DNA of 64,000 nt from Candidatus Micrarchaeota archaeon (GCA_038046765.1 JBBSVN010000010.1:59337-123336), one strand, 5' to 3'. Numbered from the stretch's first letter, positions 38,629-49,269 are shown. Program-made: numbers and translations. Notes: generated by a model from the letters alone, not told the origin.

Positions 38629-40109
38629 TCCACCATCCCTTTCAATTCTTCCAAATCCTTTTCAATTTCTTTTTCCAGCTCAGCGATTTTAGAAATCAAA
38701 ACCTCTGGTTCCTCATATTCAATTTTTTCAATATTGTTAACTTTGTATTGCGAGAGATTAAGGTTATAATCATTTTTCTTAATATCTTCAAAATTAACAG
38801 AAAAACTTTGAGAACTATCCGACTTAGTCTTAAACAATTCAACAATATTTGGGAGGTCTCCTTTTCCATTAATAAAAGTTCTTTTTTGATCTAATGAAAA
38901 ACCATCTGCTTTCATTTCATAGAACCAGACTTTGTTTGTTCTATCTCCTTTAGTAAAAACTAAAACTGCGGTAGCAACGCCAGAATATGGTTGAAAAACT
39001 CCAGAAGGCATTGAAATAACTGCTTCGAACTGACACTCTTCGAGCAATCTCTTACGAATATCCTTGTGTGCATTTGATGAACCAAATAATACACCTTGGG
39101 GAACAATTACAGCTGCACGCCCCCCTGTTCTTAAAAGATGATAGAATAATTCCACAAACAAAAGCTCAGTTTTAGGAGTTTGAACTTTGAACAGATCATT
39201 AATGTCTCCTTTATCAATAGAACCTGTAAAAGGTGGATTTGCCAGTATGATATCATACTTTTTGTCAAAACTAAAGTTCTTGGAAAGTGCATCTGCATAA
39301 TTAATCTTTGGATGTTCAATTCCGTGAAGAATCATATTCATAAGTGCGATACGAATCATAGTGCTGTCAAAATCATGACCAAAGAAAGTTTCACGCCTTA
39401 AAAAGTCCCATTGTTTTGGGTTTGTTATTTTATCTCCAATAAGATTATGGGGGTGACCTTGTTCATCGTACTGAATCAAATCATTACTTGTGTTCTTGAG
39501 TAAGATGTGTTCGTAGGCACTAATCAAGAATCCACCAGTTCCACACGCTGGATCGCAAATTGTTTGACCAACTTGAGGATCAAGAAGTTGAACCATCATT
39601 CTAATAATATGTCTGGGTGTTCGAAATTGGCCATTTTTGCCAGATGAGCTAAGTTCATTTAAGAGATATTCGTAAATATCTCCCTGTGTATCTTGATTTT
39701 GACTTGAAATATTAAGTTCATCAATGATGGAAACTGCTTCCTGAAGTAATGAAGGTTTAGGGATTAAAAACATGGCATCTTTCATATTTTGTGAAAAAAC
39801 AGTGTCTTCTCCTCTTGTAATGTTTTTAATGAACGGGAAAACAATATCTCGAACGTGTAAAAGCATTTTTTCTGCATTGTAATGTTTCCAGTGAGACCAT
39901 CTGCAATTTTCATTATTAATAAATAACGATTGATAATTTTCTTTTAGTGCCTTAGCTCTTTCAATATGTTTTGTGTCAAGATCTTCAAGGCGTCTCATAA
40001 AGATTAGATATGAAATCTGTTCAATAGCAAGAAGAGGGTTTGCAATACCCCCTGACCAAAATCTATCCCACAGTTTATTTATTGACGCTTTAAGTTTTGA
40101 CTCGAGCAT
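38625..40109 (-). CDS. hsdM: type I R-M methyltransferase
   Basis: GQFRTPR, DPACGTGGFL, NPPF motifs. Confidence 0.97.
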   Translation of the reverse strand: MLESKLKASINKLWDRFWSGGIANPLLAIEQISYLIFMRRLEDLDTKHIERAKALKENYQSLFINNENCRWSHWKHYNAEKMLLHVRDIVFPFIKNITRGEDTVFSQNMKDAMFLIPKPSLLQEAVSIIDELNISSQNQDTQGDIYEYLLNELSSSGKNGQFRTPRHIIRMMVQLLDPQVGQTICDPACGTGGFLISAYEHILLKNTSNDLIQYDEQGHPHNLIGDKITNPKQWDFLRRETFFGHDFDSTMIRIALMNMILHGIEHPKINYADALSKNFSFDKKYDIILANPPFTGSIDKGDINDLFKVQTPKTELLFVELFYHLLRTGGRAAVIVPQGVLFGSSNAHKDIRKRLLEECQFEAVISMPSGVFQPYSGVATAVLVFTKGDRTNKVWFYEMKADGFSLDQKRTFINGKGDLPNIVELFKTKSDSSQSFSVNFEDIKKNDYNLNLSQYKVNNIEKIEYEEPEVLISKIAELEKEIEKDLEELKGMVE

Positions 40110-40117
40110 AAGATCAC

Positions 40118-42958
40118 CTAACTTGGATAACTAAGCACTTCTTTTTCTAATTCATTACAAAATGAAATAATTTCTCCAAGTTGTTCGTTATTAAATAATG
40201 GAATCGGTACTTTTGTACCTAAATTAGTAAATGGAGCTACATAAAAGTCCTTGACTTCTATATGTTTTCTATTTACAAATACTGTTTGAAGAGTTCTTAA
40301 AAATCTGACTTGATCAGAATTAAAATAGTTCTTCTCAACTATAAATGTTCTGAATGCTTCTTCTATACGAACTTTTGAATCTGGGAATTGATACAGCCCA
40401 ATCAAATGCTTAACAAATTGAACAAGAGAACCCTTTTCTTTTTTGTAAACCTTTTGAAGAGACTGTTCAGTTATATACAAATCTGGGCTGTTAAGAGTCT
40501 TTTCAAGTTGCTTAAGGTCATTATCTGTAAGTTCCAGATTCTCTTTAATTTTTCTAATTGTTGGATGTTGCTCTGCAAGGTCGCTGATCCTTTTTTCTAC
40601 CTTTTCTTTGTATTTATCTACAAAATCGCCTTCACCGTTTGGCCCATATTCTATCCAACCCTTATCTGCGATAATGTCATCTAAATCTAGTACGATTGTA
40701 GAACGTGATTCTTTATCAACTAATGGCATTAAGTCTAAGAATTCATCCATAATCATCTGTGTATCTTCTAAACTAGGATTAACCCAAAAATCTTCACTTA
40801 AGATTCTTTGTTTTATTGCTTTTTTTGCCTTAACTTTATTAAGTGTATCCGGTAATCTGTTGATCTTTTCTGTGATTGAATTTTGTATAAATTTGAGTGA
40901 TTTTGCATCTTTTTTCAATATAGCGAGTCTTAGTTGTTCAATTTTGAGTTCAAAAGAAGCTTTTTCATAATCAATGTTTGGTTTAAAACGCATAAGTGAA
41001 GCAATTTTGACTTTTAGAAGGTCATAGTGATCAATTCCTAGAAGTTCAAAGAACTTGGGAGCAAGTACTTTTTCAATATTTGATTTATGTTCAAAAATGC
41101 CTGGAGATCGAATAGGGAGAGATTGCACATCATCCAAAACTTTTCTTTTAACTTCTTCAAATAAAGGATTACTTTTATCTTTAAGTAAAAATTTGTACTG
41201 TTCGAGTCGAGTTCTAAAAATTCTAGAGGGCAAGGACTCAGTATTTTCAGCAACTTTTCCATCCGGATTCATCTTAAAGAATTCAAAATTTTGCCAAAAA
41301 TCGAATATTAAGAAATGCTCTTTCTTACCATTTGGTAACCATTCTTTATTTTTGCAAACGTTGTCATGGCGTGTTCCACGTCCAATCATTTGCCAGAATT
41401 TAATTTTTGATAAAACTGGTTTTGCAAATACAAGGTTACATACTTCTGGTATGTCTACACCTGTGTCGAGCATATCAACGGATATTGCAATTCTAGGAAA
41501 ATTCTCTTTTGTAAACTGATCGATAAGTTTTTCAGCTCGCTCCATTTGATAATCTATAATCTCAACTAATCCAGAATAGTTCGGATACAATTTATTGAAT
41601 GCTTCATATAACCTTTTTGCATGATTATGAGTAATGGCAAAGATAATCGTTTTAGCAGGAAGCGTACCACTTATGTCAGTAAGTGCATTTTCCATTACTT
41701 CGCGCATTATTGCCTCACTTGTCCCTTTTGTTGCCACTTTTTTCTCAAGTTCAGACCCATCCCAATTAAGTTCATTTTCTTCTAGTCCTTCTTCCATAAA
41801 GAGTTTTGTTTTGGTTGAAGCGGATATATCTATTGATTCTATACCCTTTATTTGAAATCTTGTTTTAACTTCTGATGCTTTAAAATCTACTAAGTTTTGA
41901 TCCTTAACTGCCTGGTTAAAAGTATAATTATAAGCAGGAATGCCATTTTCACAATCAAAAAATCGCATAGTGTCCCGATCTATATTATCTGAAGGTGTAG
42001 CAGTTAAGCCAATTTGTATTGCATCAAAATAGGTAAATACGCCCTTCCACTTATTATATATTGATCTATGCGCTTCATCAGATACAATAAGATCAAAGAA
42101 ACCTGGTGAAATTTTATTTTGACCATTTTCATCTTTTTCTTGATAAACTTCCATCAAAGTTTGTATAGTTGAAACATAGAGACGAGAATCTTTGTCAATT
42201 GTTCCAGAAATTATCTGCGATTTTGATTCATTTTTAAAGAATGGTTTAAATCCTTTGTTCATGGCCTGGGTACAGAGTGTTTTTCGATCAGCTAAGAATA
42301 AAACTCTTTGAACTCTATTAGTAGCCAATAAAGAATCAATAATTGCCATTGAAACGCGAGTTTTACCTGTTCCGGTGGCCATAACAACTAAGAATTTTCT
42401 TTTACCTTTATCTAGACCTTCCTGAACTCTTTTAACAGCTTCAATTTGATAATCTCGGTCTACTATTTCTTGATTAATATTAACCTCATGAAACTTCTTT
42501 TTTTCTGAATTTTGGAAACGAAACTTTTCTAGATCTTCTTGAGAATGAAATGACATAACAGTTCTGGGTGATCCATGTCCATAGTTCCAAAATTTAATTG
42601 CATCTCCGTTGGTTAGATAAATAAAAACATCTTTCTTATATTTCTTTTTTATGTCTTGAAGATAATCCTCGGCTTGTTTTTTACCGCTTAGTTCATCTTT
42701 GCTGGATTTCTTTGCTTCTACTACTGCTAATGGTTCTCCTTTACAATCTAGAAGAAGATAATCTGCATAAGCATGTTTTCCATCTGTTTTTCCTAAAGTT
42801 TGTTCTTTAATGTAATAATCTTTTTTATCAAAATTAGATTGTTTTGTGTCTACTTCTTCTAATACAAGGCTACTATCTTTTACATTCCAACCTTGTTCTT
42901 TTAGCATTACATCAATCTTTATTTTTCTGGTTAAGTACTCACTGTGACTAGTATCCAT
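40118..42958 (-). CDS. hsdR: type I R-M restriction subunit (EcoEI/EcoAI-like)
   Basis: ADY..VEAK nuclease motif, MATGTGKT, DEAH, LTATP, QMIGRGTR. Confidence 0.97.
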   Translation of the reverse strand: MDTSHSEYLTRKIKIDVMLKEQGWNVKDSSLVLEEVDTKQSNFDKKDYYIKEQTLGKTDGKHAYADYLLLDCKGEPLAVVEAKKSSKDELSGKKQAEDYLQDIKKKYKKDVFIYLTNGDAIKFWNYGHGSPRTVMSFHSQEDLEKFRFQNSEKKKFHEVNINQEIVDRDYQIEAVKRVQEGLDKGKRKFLVVMATGTGKTRVSMAIIDSLLATNRVQRVLFLADRKTLCTQAMNKGFKPFFKNESKSQIISGTIDKDSRLYVSTIQTLMEVYQEKDENGQNKISPGFFDLIVSDEAHRSIYNKWKGVFTYFDAIQIGLTATPSDNIDRDTMRFFDCENGIPAYNYTFNQAVKDQNLVDFKASEVKTRFQIKGIESIDISASTKTKLFMEEGLEENELNWDGSELEKKVATKGTSEAIMREVMENALTDISGTLPAKTIIFAITHNHAKRLYEAFNKLYPNYSGLVEIIDYQMERAEKLIDQFTKENFPRIAISVDMLDTGVDIPEVCNLVFAKPVLSKIKFWQMIGRGTRHDNVCKNKEWLPNGKKEHFLIFDFWQNFEFFKMNPDGKVAENTESLPSRIFRTRLEQYKFLLKDKSNPLFEEVKRKVLDDVQSLPIRSPGIFEHKSNIEKVLAPKFFELLGIDHYDLLKVKIASLMRFKPNIDYEKASFELKIEQLRLAILKKDAKSLKFIQNSITEKINRLPDTLNKVKAKKAIKQRILSEDFWVNPSLEDTQMIMDEFLDLMPLVDKESRSTIVLDLDDIIADKGWIEYGPNGEGDFVDKYKEKVEKRISDLAEQHPTIRKIKENLELTDNDLKQLEKTLNSPDLYITEQSLQKVYKKEKGSLVQFVKHLIGLYQFPDSKVRIEEAFRTFIVEKNYFNSDQVRFLRTLQTVFVNRKHIEVKDFYVAPFTNLGTKVPIPLFNNEQLGEIISFCNELEKEVLSYPS

Positions 42959-42990
42959 ATTTTCACTGATTTAATAAGATAAGAAGACTT

Positions 42991-43176
42991 TTAGAATCTG
43001 TCTTTAAACATCCATATTAGTTGTATTACTACTCCTAAAATTAGAAATAATAACCAATAGTCACATAAAACTTTTATTGAAGTGAAGCCACATAAAACCC
43101 ACCCCAATATAGCTCCCAATATTAATATAGAAGGCGGGTTCGAAGCAATAAACCTAAATACTGCTGATATTTCCAT
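42991..43176 (-). CDS. small two-TM membrane protein
   Basis: 61-aa hydrophobic ORF leading into hsdR. Confidence 0.6.
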   Translation of the reverse strand: MEISAVFRFIASNPPSILILGAILGWVLCGFTSIKVLCDYWLLFLILGVVIQLIWMFKDRF

Positions 43177-43348
43177 AATTTATTTACTAAGTAACTTAAT
43201 TAATTCCTTGCTATTATTAATAGTTTAAATTTATATTTCACAATCCTTAAATAACTTAATCTCTTATATTCGTTAAGTGACTGCTAATGACAATAAAACC
43301 ACTTATTTAAAGACAAAATGCGTTTTCTTAATACCTGGGTTAGATAAT

Positions 43349-43972
43349 ATGGAAAAACACCACGTAGAATATATTTTTGTAGATGAAAGCGGGGATCTAG
43401 GACCTTTAGGCTCAAAATATTTTATAGTTGTGGCAGTTTCGACTCATAGTCCAATTGAGTTAAAAAGAATTATAAAAAGAGCAAGAGAAAGAATTTTAAA
43501 GAAAAAATTACGTGAACTTCCAGAGATTAAAGCCAATAATTCTAATGCGCAAATCCGAAACTTTGTACTCACTAAAGTGGCACTTTGTGATTGTTTTATT
43601 TCTATACTTGCAATTCCTAAAACTAAAATTCGGGATACATACTTTCAAGACAAGGAAAAGCTTTATAGCTTACTTTGTGGATTCTTATTTGAGCATATTA
43701 GTTTAAATGCAGGAAAAGTTGAAATTACAATCGATAAAAAACATAGTAATAGGTTACTTCAAGAAGACTTTAATCAATATATAAAATCCAAAATAGCAAA
43801 TAGGGTTGCTGATTTTAGAATTCGGCATCTTGAATCATTTTGCTCTGGTGAGTTGCAAGCTGTTGATTTTGTAGCCTGGGCGGTACACAGAAAATTCACA
43901 TATAATGATTTAACATACTATGAATTAATTAAGAATAAAATAAGAAATGAGGAAGAGTGCCATTTATTATGA
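43349..43972 (+). CDS. DUF3800-family (RNase H-like) protein
   Basis: FVDESGDLG, EIKA and LQAVDFVAWA motifs. Confidence 0.88.
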   Translation: MEKHHVEYIFVDESGDLGPLGSKYFIVVAVSTHSPIELKRIIKRARERILKKKLRELPEIKANNSNAQIRNFVLTKVALCDCFISILAIPKTKIRDTYFQDKEKLYSLLCGFLFEHISLNAGKVEITIDKKHSNRLLQEDFNQYIKSKIANRVADFRIRHLESFCSGELQAVDFVAWAVHRKFTYNDLTYYELIKNKIRNEEECHLL

Positions 43973-43974
43973 AC

Positions 43975-44046
43975 GATAGCGGACCCATAGAAGGCTTTTT
44001 AGGTGCACCATCCGGTACACGCCACACCATGGACTTACCCGCTGTT
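43975..44046 (+). ncRNA. candidate structured RNA downstream of DUF3800
   Basis: GC-rich stretch in an AT-rich context; closing stem GATAGCGG/CCGCTGTT with nested CCAT/ATGG and GGC/GCC pairings. Confidence 0.6.
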
Positions 44047-44148
44047 TGTTATTGGAACAGTCAAAGTTTATAAATATTATGGTTATAAAAAATATTTTAA
44101 AATGTATAAAATAAATCTACCTGTTCAATTCTAAAAACATCTAGAGGA

Positions 44149-45180
44149 TTGATTATTATGCAAACCAAACAAACGCCAAACGAATTAGGATATTACTTAC
44201 CAGCTGAATGGGAAACTCACGAAGCAACATGGATCTCCTGGCCAAAGGACGAAGAAAGTTTCCCCGGAGAAAAACTAAAGAGCGTAGAACAAATTTATGT
44301 AAAAATGATTTACGCGTTAAGCGAGAGCGAAAAAGTAAACGTTCTAGTAAACGATAAACTAACCGAAGAAAAAGTAAGGAAAATGCTAGACGGATCTGCA
44401 AATTTCGATAATGTTGTTTTCCACCATATAAAATCAGTAGATGTTTGGACAAGGGATTATTGTCCAATATTTATTAAAAATAAAGAAAAAGTCGCTGCTA
44501 CTAAATGGATCTTTAACGCTTGGGGAGGTAAATACGAAGAACTTAAGGCAGATAATCAAGCAGGCGAAGAAGTTGCAAAAAAATCAGGATTGGAAGTTTT
44601 CCATCCAGGAATTATTCTAGAAGGTGGATCAATTGACAGTAACGGAAAAGGTACAATTATTACTACTGAGCAGTGCTTACTAAATAAAAATAGAAATCAC
44701 AGCCTAAGTAAAGCTCAGATCGAAAAATACCTAAAAGATTATTTGGGTGCAGAAAAAATAATCTGGTTAAAAGAAGGTATAGCGGGAGATGATACTGATG
44801 GCCATGTTGATGATATTGCTAGATTTGTAAGCGAAGATACTGTTTTATGTGCTTACGAAGAAAATAAAGATGACTGCAATTACAAATTATTAAAAGAGAA
44901 TATCGAAATACTAAAAAAAGCAGGACTAAAGGTTATCGCAACTACGATGCCAAAACCGATTAAAGCAGATGGGCGAATCTTACCAGCTAGTTACTCTAAT
45001 TTCTACATTGCAAATAAAGTTGTTTTAGTTCCAATCTTTGGCGATAAGGAAAACGATGAAATTGCTTTAGGTTTACTAAAATCCGTATTTCGGGATAGAA
45101 AAGTAGTTGGTATTAACTGCACAGATTTAGTTTATGGATTTGGAGCGATACATTGTGTGACTATGCAGCAGGTTAAGTAA
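44149..45180 (+). CDS. aguA: agmatine deiminase
   Basis: PAEWE, WTRD, FNAWG, LEGGS, DTDGHVD, GAIHCVTMQ motifs. Confidence 0.95.
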   Translation: MIIMQTKQTPNELGYYLPAEWETHEATWISWPKDEESFPGEKLKSVEQIYVKMIYALSESEKVNVLVNDKLTEEKVRKMLDGSANFDNVVFHHIKSVDVWTRDYCPIFIKNKEKVAATKWIFNAWGGKYEELKADNQAGEEVAKKSGLEVFHPGIILEGGSIDSNGKGTIITTEQCLLNKNRNHSLSKAQIEKYLKDYLGAEKIIWLKEGIAGDDTDGHVDDIARFVSEDTVLCAYEENKDDCNYKLLKENIEILKKAGLKVIATTMPKPIKADGRILPASYSNFYIANKVVLVPIFGDKENDEIALGLLKSVFRDRKVVGINCTDLVYGFGAIHCVTMQQVK

Positions 45181-46050
45181 GTGCTTTTAAGTGAAAAAAT
45201 GGAAATTATAAAAAAAATATCTGAAAAAATCAGAGCTCTGTCTGCTTGGTCCGAGCGCAATAATGCTAATATTGCCAAACTCTTTATTTTTTTATCTTCG
45301 GTATGTGCAGTAGCTTACCTCTTATTGCTTGCCTTGGCTATCTATAATTTTTCGATATTATATCGTATAGGGAGATTAGATATTGTCCCAAATTTGCCAC
45401 AATATATTTTGTTTCTAATTTTTGGTGTTTTAGTTCTTATGTTATATTTAGCAAATTATGCATCACAGCATAAAATTTTTTCTAAAATAAATGTTGTAAA
45501 ATGCATTGTTGCTTTTTTATTTCTTTATTGCATGGTTTTTTTCCTATCTCCTTATATTTTTCCTTCTTTTATGCCAAAGTTTTCTCTTAATGCTTATTTT
45601 TATCCCCAACCTGATATAAATATAGTTTTAACGTGTTACCCAAGCTATTCTCATTTTGTAGTAAACTCTCAAATAATTTGTGACACTAATCTTTCTCGTG
45701 TTCTAAAAAATAATGAATCCTTATTTTTTTACATCTATGGATATGGTAAAGATATTTCAGGTGCAATTAACGGGTCAAAAATTTCCATATATCTAAGTAA
45801 AACTGCTGCAAAAAATTTGCCTATAAATGCAACTTTTAGTTATTATAATTCTACAGAAAGTAAGTATAATAAAATAGCCACAGAAATTTCAACTGATTAT
45901 GTAACAATTGATGTTTTATCTGAAGATGAATATAAAAAAATCATGGATGAAAATGTTTCAAAATTTGTTGGGTTTATTACATTTATATTTGCAGTTTTAT
46001 TCTTCGGTGTAAATCAATTGTGGGAAGTTATTTTCAAAAAATTAAATTAA
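45181..46050 (+). CDS. hypothetical membrane protein
   Basis: Three N-terminal TM helices and one C-terminal TM helix. Confidence 0.7.
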   Translation: MLLSEKMEIIKKISEKIRALSAWSERNNANIAKLFIFLSSVCAVAYLLLLALAIYNFSILYRIGRLDIVPNLPQYILFLIFGVLVLMLYLANYASQHKIFSKINVVKCIVAFLFLYCMVFFLSPYIFPSFMPKFSLNAYFYPQPDINIVLTCYPSYSHFVVNSQIICDTNLSRVLKNNESLFFYIYGYGKDISGAINGSKISIYLSKTAAKNLPINATFSYYNSTESKYNKIATEISTDYVTIDVLSEDEYKKIMDENVSKFVGFITFIFAVLFFGVNQLWEVIFKKLN

Positions 46051-46095
46051 ATTCATAAAAAGCCTCCTTTTATTAATTTTAGTCATTATAAATAT

Positions 46096-46884
46096 ATGTT
46101 TATGGGGAACAATAGCCTAGTCTCAACAAAAATTCATTTTCATAGTTCTTATCTTATCGCTGCAAGAGCTTCTCCAATTAAAACCAACCCTCCTTTTCTA
46201 GAAGGTCCATTTATTGTTTATCAAGATGTTAATCCAACAAACGGTCATGCTAAACCTGTACAAGTAAAATTAATTGGAGGGTTAGCCGAAGCTGATCTCT
46301 CTCCAACTAGTACGATCTATCGAGAATTTGGAGAATGCTTGCATATTCAATTTGGTGGCTTACCAGAACAAGGACAATTATTTCGAAAGTTTTTTTCAAG
46401 AAATGCAAAACCTATTTCAGATTATCTTATTACCCGATTAGTTGACGGTTTTGTTTCTCCTGGTCAAGAACCTTATGAAACTACTCTTTCAAGCGTGTTT
46501 TGCTGTGCTATTAGTGGGCATACTTTTGATCAATTTACAGAATGGCTTAGCGAAAATGCTCCTATTAATGATGAAACTTTAAGAAAACTATTTGGCGGAT
46601 TTGTTCCAAAGCCCGTATTTGGGTTATTCTTAAAAAAATTAAAGGGATCGTTTCCAATGATCGTTCCTAGAGGAAAGCTTTCCATAGTTACAGTCGATCA
46701 AATCATAAAAGGAGATGTGACATTTTATGCTGAGCAGCAAAATATAGTTGATAATCTTCTAGGTCTTAAAGCAGATGATCCACAATTACTGAGTCTTGAT
46801 TTAGTTGGACCACCTCAATCTTCTTATGAAGCTTATTACAAAATATTTTCTTACAATTATAATCCAACTATGATTGGGAAATAG
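46096..46884 (+). CDS. hypothetical protein with a degenerate Nudix box
   Basis: LIGGLAEADLSPTSTIYREFGEC resembles GG...E.......RE..EE. Confidence 0.5.
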   Translation: MFMGNNSLVSTKIHFHSSYLIAARASPIKTNPPFLEGPFIVYQDVNPTNGHAKPVQVKLIGGLAEADLSPTSTIYREFGECLHIQFGGLPEQGQLFRKFFSRNAKPISDYLITRLVDGFVSPGQEPYETTLSSVFCCAISGHTFDQFTEWLSENAPINDETLRKLFGGFVPKPVFGLFLKKLKGSFPMIVPRGKLSIVTVDQIIKGDVTFYAEQQNIVDNLLGLKADDPQLLSLDLVGPPQSSYEAYYKIFSYNYNPTMIGK

Positions 46885-46922
46885 ACCCAATTTTTATTCT
46901 GTTTAAATAAAATAAATTGCCT

Positions 46923-47240
46923 CTATTTTAGTGTCTTAGCTTCAGTTTCCCAAATTAAACTATTTTCTTGTATTCTCCAATTTATCTTACCAATTTCCAT
47001 TAGATAGGTGAGAGCTGCATTAACTGCCGTACAAAGCAAGTGGTATTGTGCAACATTCTTTATTTCAAGACCAAATAAATTACTTATCTCCTTTATTATT
47101 TGACTAGTGGTTTTCGGTTGAGCTACTATTTGTATTATTGCTGTTTCTATACTACTAAGTGCATCAAAATGCACTTTAGTCAAATCATCTATTGATTGTA
47201 ATGCTGTGCAATGTGCTGGAACAAACCAGCTTGAAACCAC
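46923..47240 (-). pseudogene. C-terminal fragment of an MBL-fold hydrolase
   Basis: FVPAH near its start and A.LTYL...GKI near its end; no metal-binding N-terminal half. Confidence 0.55.
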
Positions 47241-47256
47241 GCAATATGGGTTCCCT

Positions 47257-49269
47257 CTAATGTAATTTTTGATCTATGCCCTGTAATCTTTCTACAGTTC
47301 TTAATAATTTAGCTGTTTTCGTATTTCTAAGTGCAGATGCATAATATGCAGCAGTTAAACCAAAATTATCTTCTATTTTTGGGTCTGCACCGTATCTAAG
47401 TAATAGCTCTATTATTTCCTTTCTTTCTGTACCAAACCACTGTACTCCCTCAGAAGCTGCTCTAATAAGTGATGTATTTCCCTCTACGTCTCTTGCATTA
47501 ACATCTGCACCATTATCTAACAATACTTTGATTGTTTCTAACTGAGTTGCTACAACTGATTTCAAAAATTCTGTTCCTTCTACTAAATGAGCCCAATTTT
47601 CTCCCTTTTCACTAATCCATTTTTGTATCGTCATTTTTTCTTTGTAAGCATTACTCGAATATATTAATGCACTAGCACCATATTGGTCGATAGCATTTAC
47701 ATTAGCCCCATTTTCTAACAAAATTTTACAAATTTTCGAATTGTTTCTTGCATATATTAAAGGTGTTCGGCTTTCAAAGTTTATTCCATTTACATCCGCT
47801 CCTTTTTCAATCAATAATTTTACCATATCTATTGATCCCATCGAAGCAGCCCACATTAAAGGTCGGTTACCCTCTGCATCCATGGCATTTACCTTCGCTC
47901 CATTCTCAATTAAGAGTTTAATTACACCTGATGATTTACTCTCAATTGCATACCATAATGCTGTATGCCCGTTCAAATCTCTAGCATTTACATCAGCTCC
48001 GTTATCAATCAAAAGCTTAACGACTTCTGGTGAAGCATATTCTATTGAACGCATTAATACTGTATGTCCATTCGAATCTCTAGCATTAACATCAGCTCCA
48101 CTATTTAATAACATTTCACCCACAATACTTCTTCGACCATGGGAATGTTTTTCATTTAGAAACATTAAAGGCGTAAAACCATCTGAATTTCTTGCATTTA
48201 CATCAGCTCCGTTTTCAATCAAGAATGCAACTAATTCAGGTCCATGACTCTCTGAATGTCGTGCTATTGCATGCATTAATACCGTATTGCCATTCAAATC
48301 TTTAGCATTAAAATCCGCTTCTTTGTTTAGTAACATTTCATACGTTTTTAGATTTTCTTCAGATGAAATACTCCATTCGCCTAAAAACATTGAGCCTATC
48401 TGCCCTTCAAAATTTCTTGCATTAACATTCGCCCCATTATCAATCAATAATTCCATTACTTTCTGTTTTCCATGTCTTATTGCATAAAATAAAGCATTGT
48501 TTCCACATATGTCTACTAAATCAATGTCTGATCCTGCTTCAATTAGTAATTTTGCCTTACTTAATTCTCGTGAGATCATTAAAGCAGTTCTCCCAAGTTT
48601 ATCTTGTACGTTGACATCTGCTCCATTTTCTAATAATAGCTTAATAATTTTATCTGCGCCTGAGTAAGTCGCAAACATCAAAGCAGTTTGTCCATCATTA
48701 TCTTTTACATCAAGATTAGTTTTATTAATTAATATTTCCGCTATTTTTATATCTCTTCTAATTGCTGTAATCATCAATGCGTTATAATTTCCATAAATAA
48801 ATTCTTCCCATATATTTGTTCTTGTACTCATACTAAATGATCTCAAACCGAAAGAATTTGTTGTCAAGTTAGTATCCGCCCCATTTTCTATAAGAAGTTT
48901 CACTATTTTACTATCCCCTATCATAGTGGCCATAATTAAAGCAGTCGTGCCTCCATTATTTTGAGCATTAATGTCCGCTCCATTTTTTAATAAGAATTTA
49001 ATTGCTTCTATTTGTCCTGTTTCAGTAGCTTTTATCAATGGAGTTCCACCCGTAGAATCTTTCCAATCTACATCAACTCCGTTCTTTAATGCTCTTTTTA
49101 TACCTAAAATATTCCCCGCTTCAGCACTTGCTATAATTTCATATTCTATACTTGCCATTTCATATAAGATATCAGTTAATCTATCCGTTCTTGGTTCTTT
49201 AGCTTTAAATTCAGGTGATCTTTGCAATATCTTTCTCAATGTAGTTCTTTCTGTTCTTAAGTCCATCAT
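47257..49269 (-). CDS. ankyrin-repeat protein
   Basis: Many G.T.L..A......VKLLIENGADVN repeats. Confidence 0.97.
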   Translation of the reverse strand: MMDLRTERTTLRKILQRSPEFKAKEPRTDRLTDILYEMASIEYEIIASAEAGNILGIKRALKNGVDVDWKDSTGGTPLIKATETGQIEAIKFLLKNGADINAQNNGGTTALIMATMIGDSKIVKLLIENGADTNLTTNSFGLRSFSMSTRTNIWEEFIYGNYNALMITAIRRDIKIAEILINKTNLDVKDNDGQTALMFATYSGADKIIKLLLENGADVNVQDKLGRTALMISRELSKAKLLIEAGSDIDLVDICGNNALFYAIRHGKQKVMELLIDNGANVNARNFEGQIGSMFLGEWSISSEENLKTYEMLLNKEADFNAKDLNGNTVLMHAIARHSESHGPELVAFLIENGADVNARNSDGFTPLMFLNEKHSHGRRSIVGEMLLNSGADVNARDSNGHTVLMRSIEYASPEVVKLLIDNGADVNARDLNGHTALWYAIESKSSGVIKLLIENGAKVNAMDAEGNRPLMWAASMGSIDMVKLLIEKGADVNGINFESRTPLIYARNNSKICKILLENGANVNAIDQYGASALIYSSNAYKEKMTIQKWISEKGENWAHLVEGTEFLKSVVATQLETIKVLLDNGADVNARDVEGNTSLIRAASEGVQWFGTERKEIIELLLRYGADPKIEDNFGLTAAYYASALRNTKTAKLLRTVERLQGIDQKLH

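Noticed and set aside
47741..48487. Repetitive + strand ORFs, like other antisense shadow ORFs in smc, hsdR and elp3
   Set aside because: They are antisense shadows of clearly identified genes.
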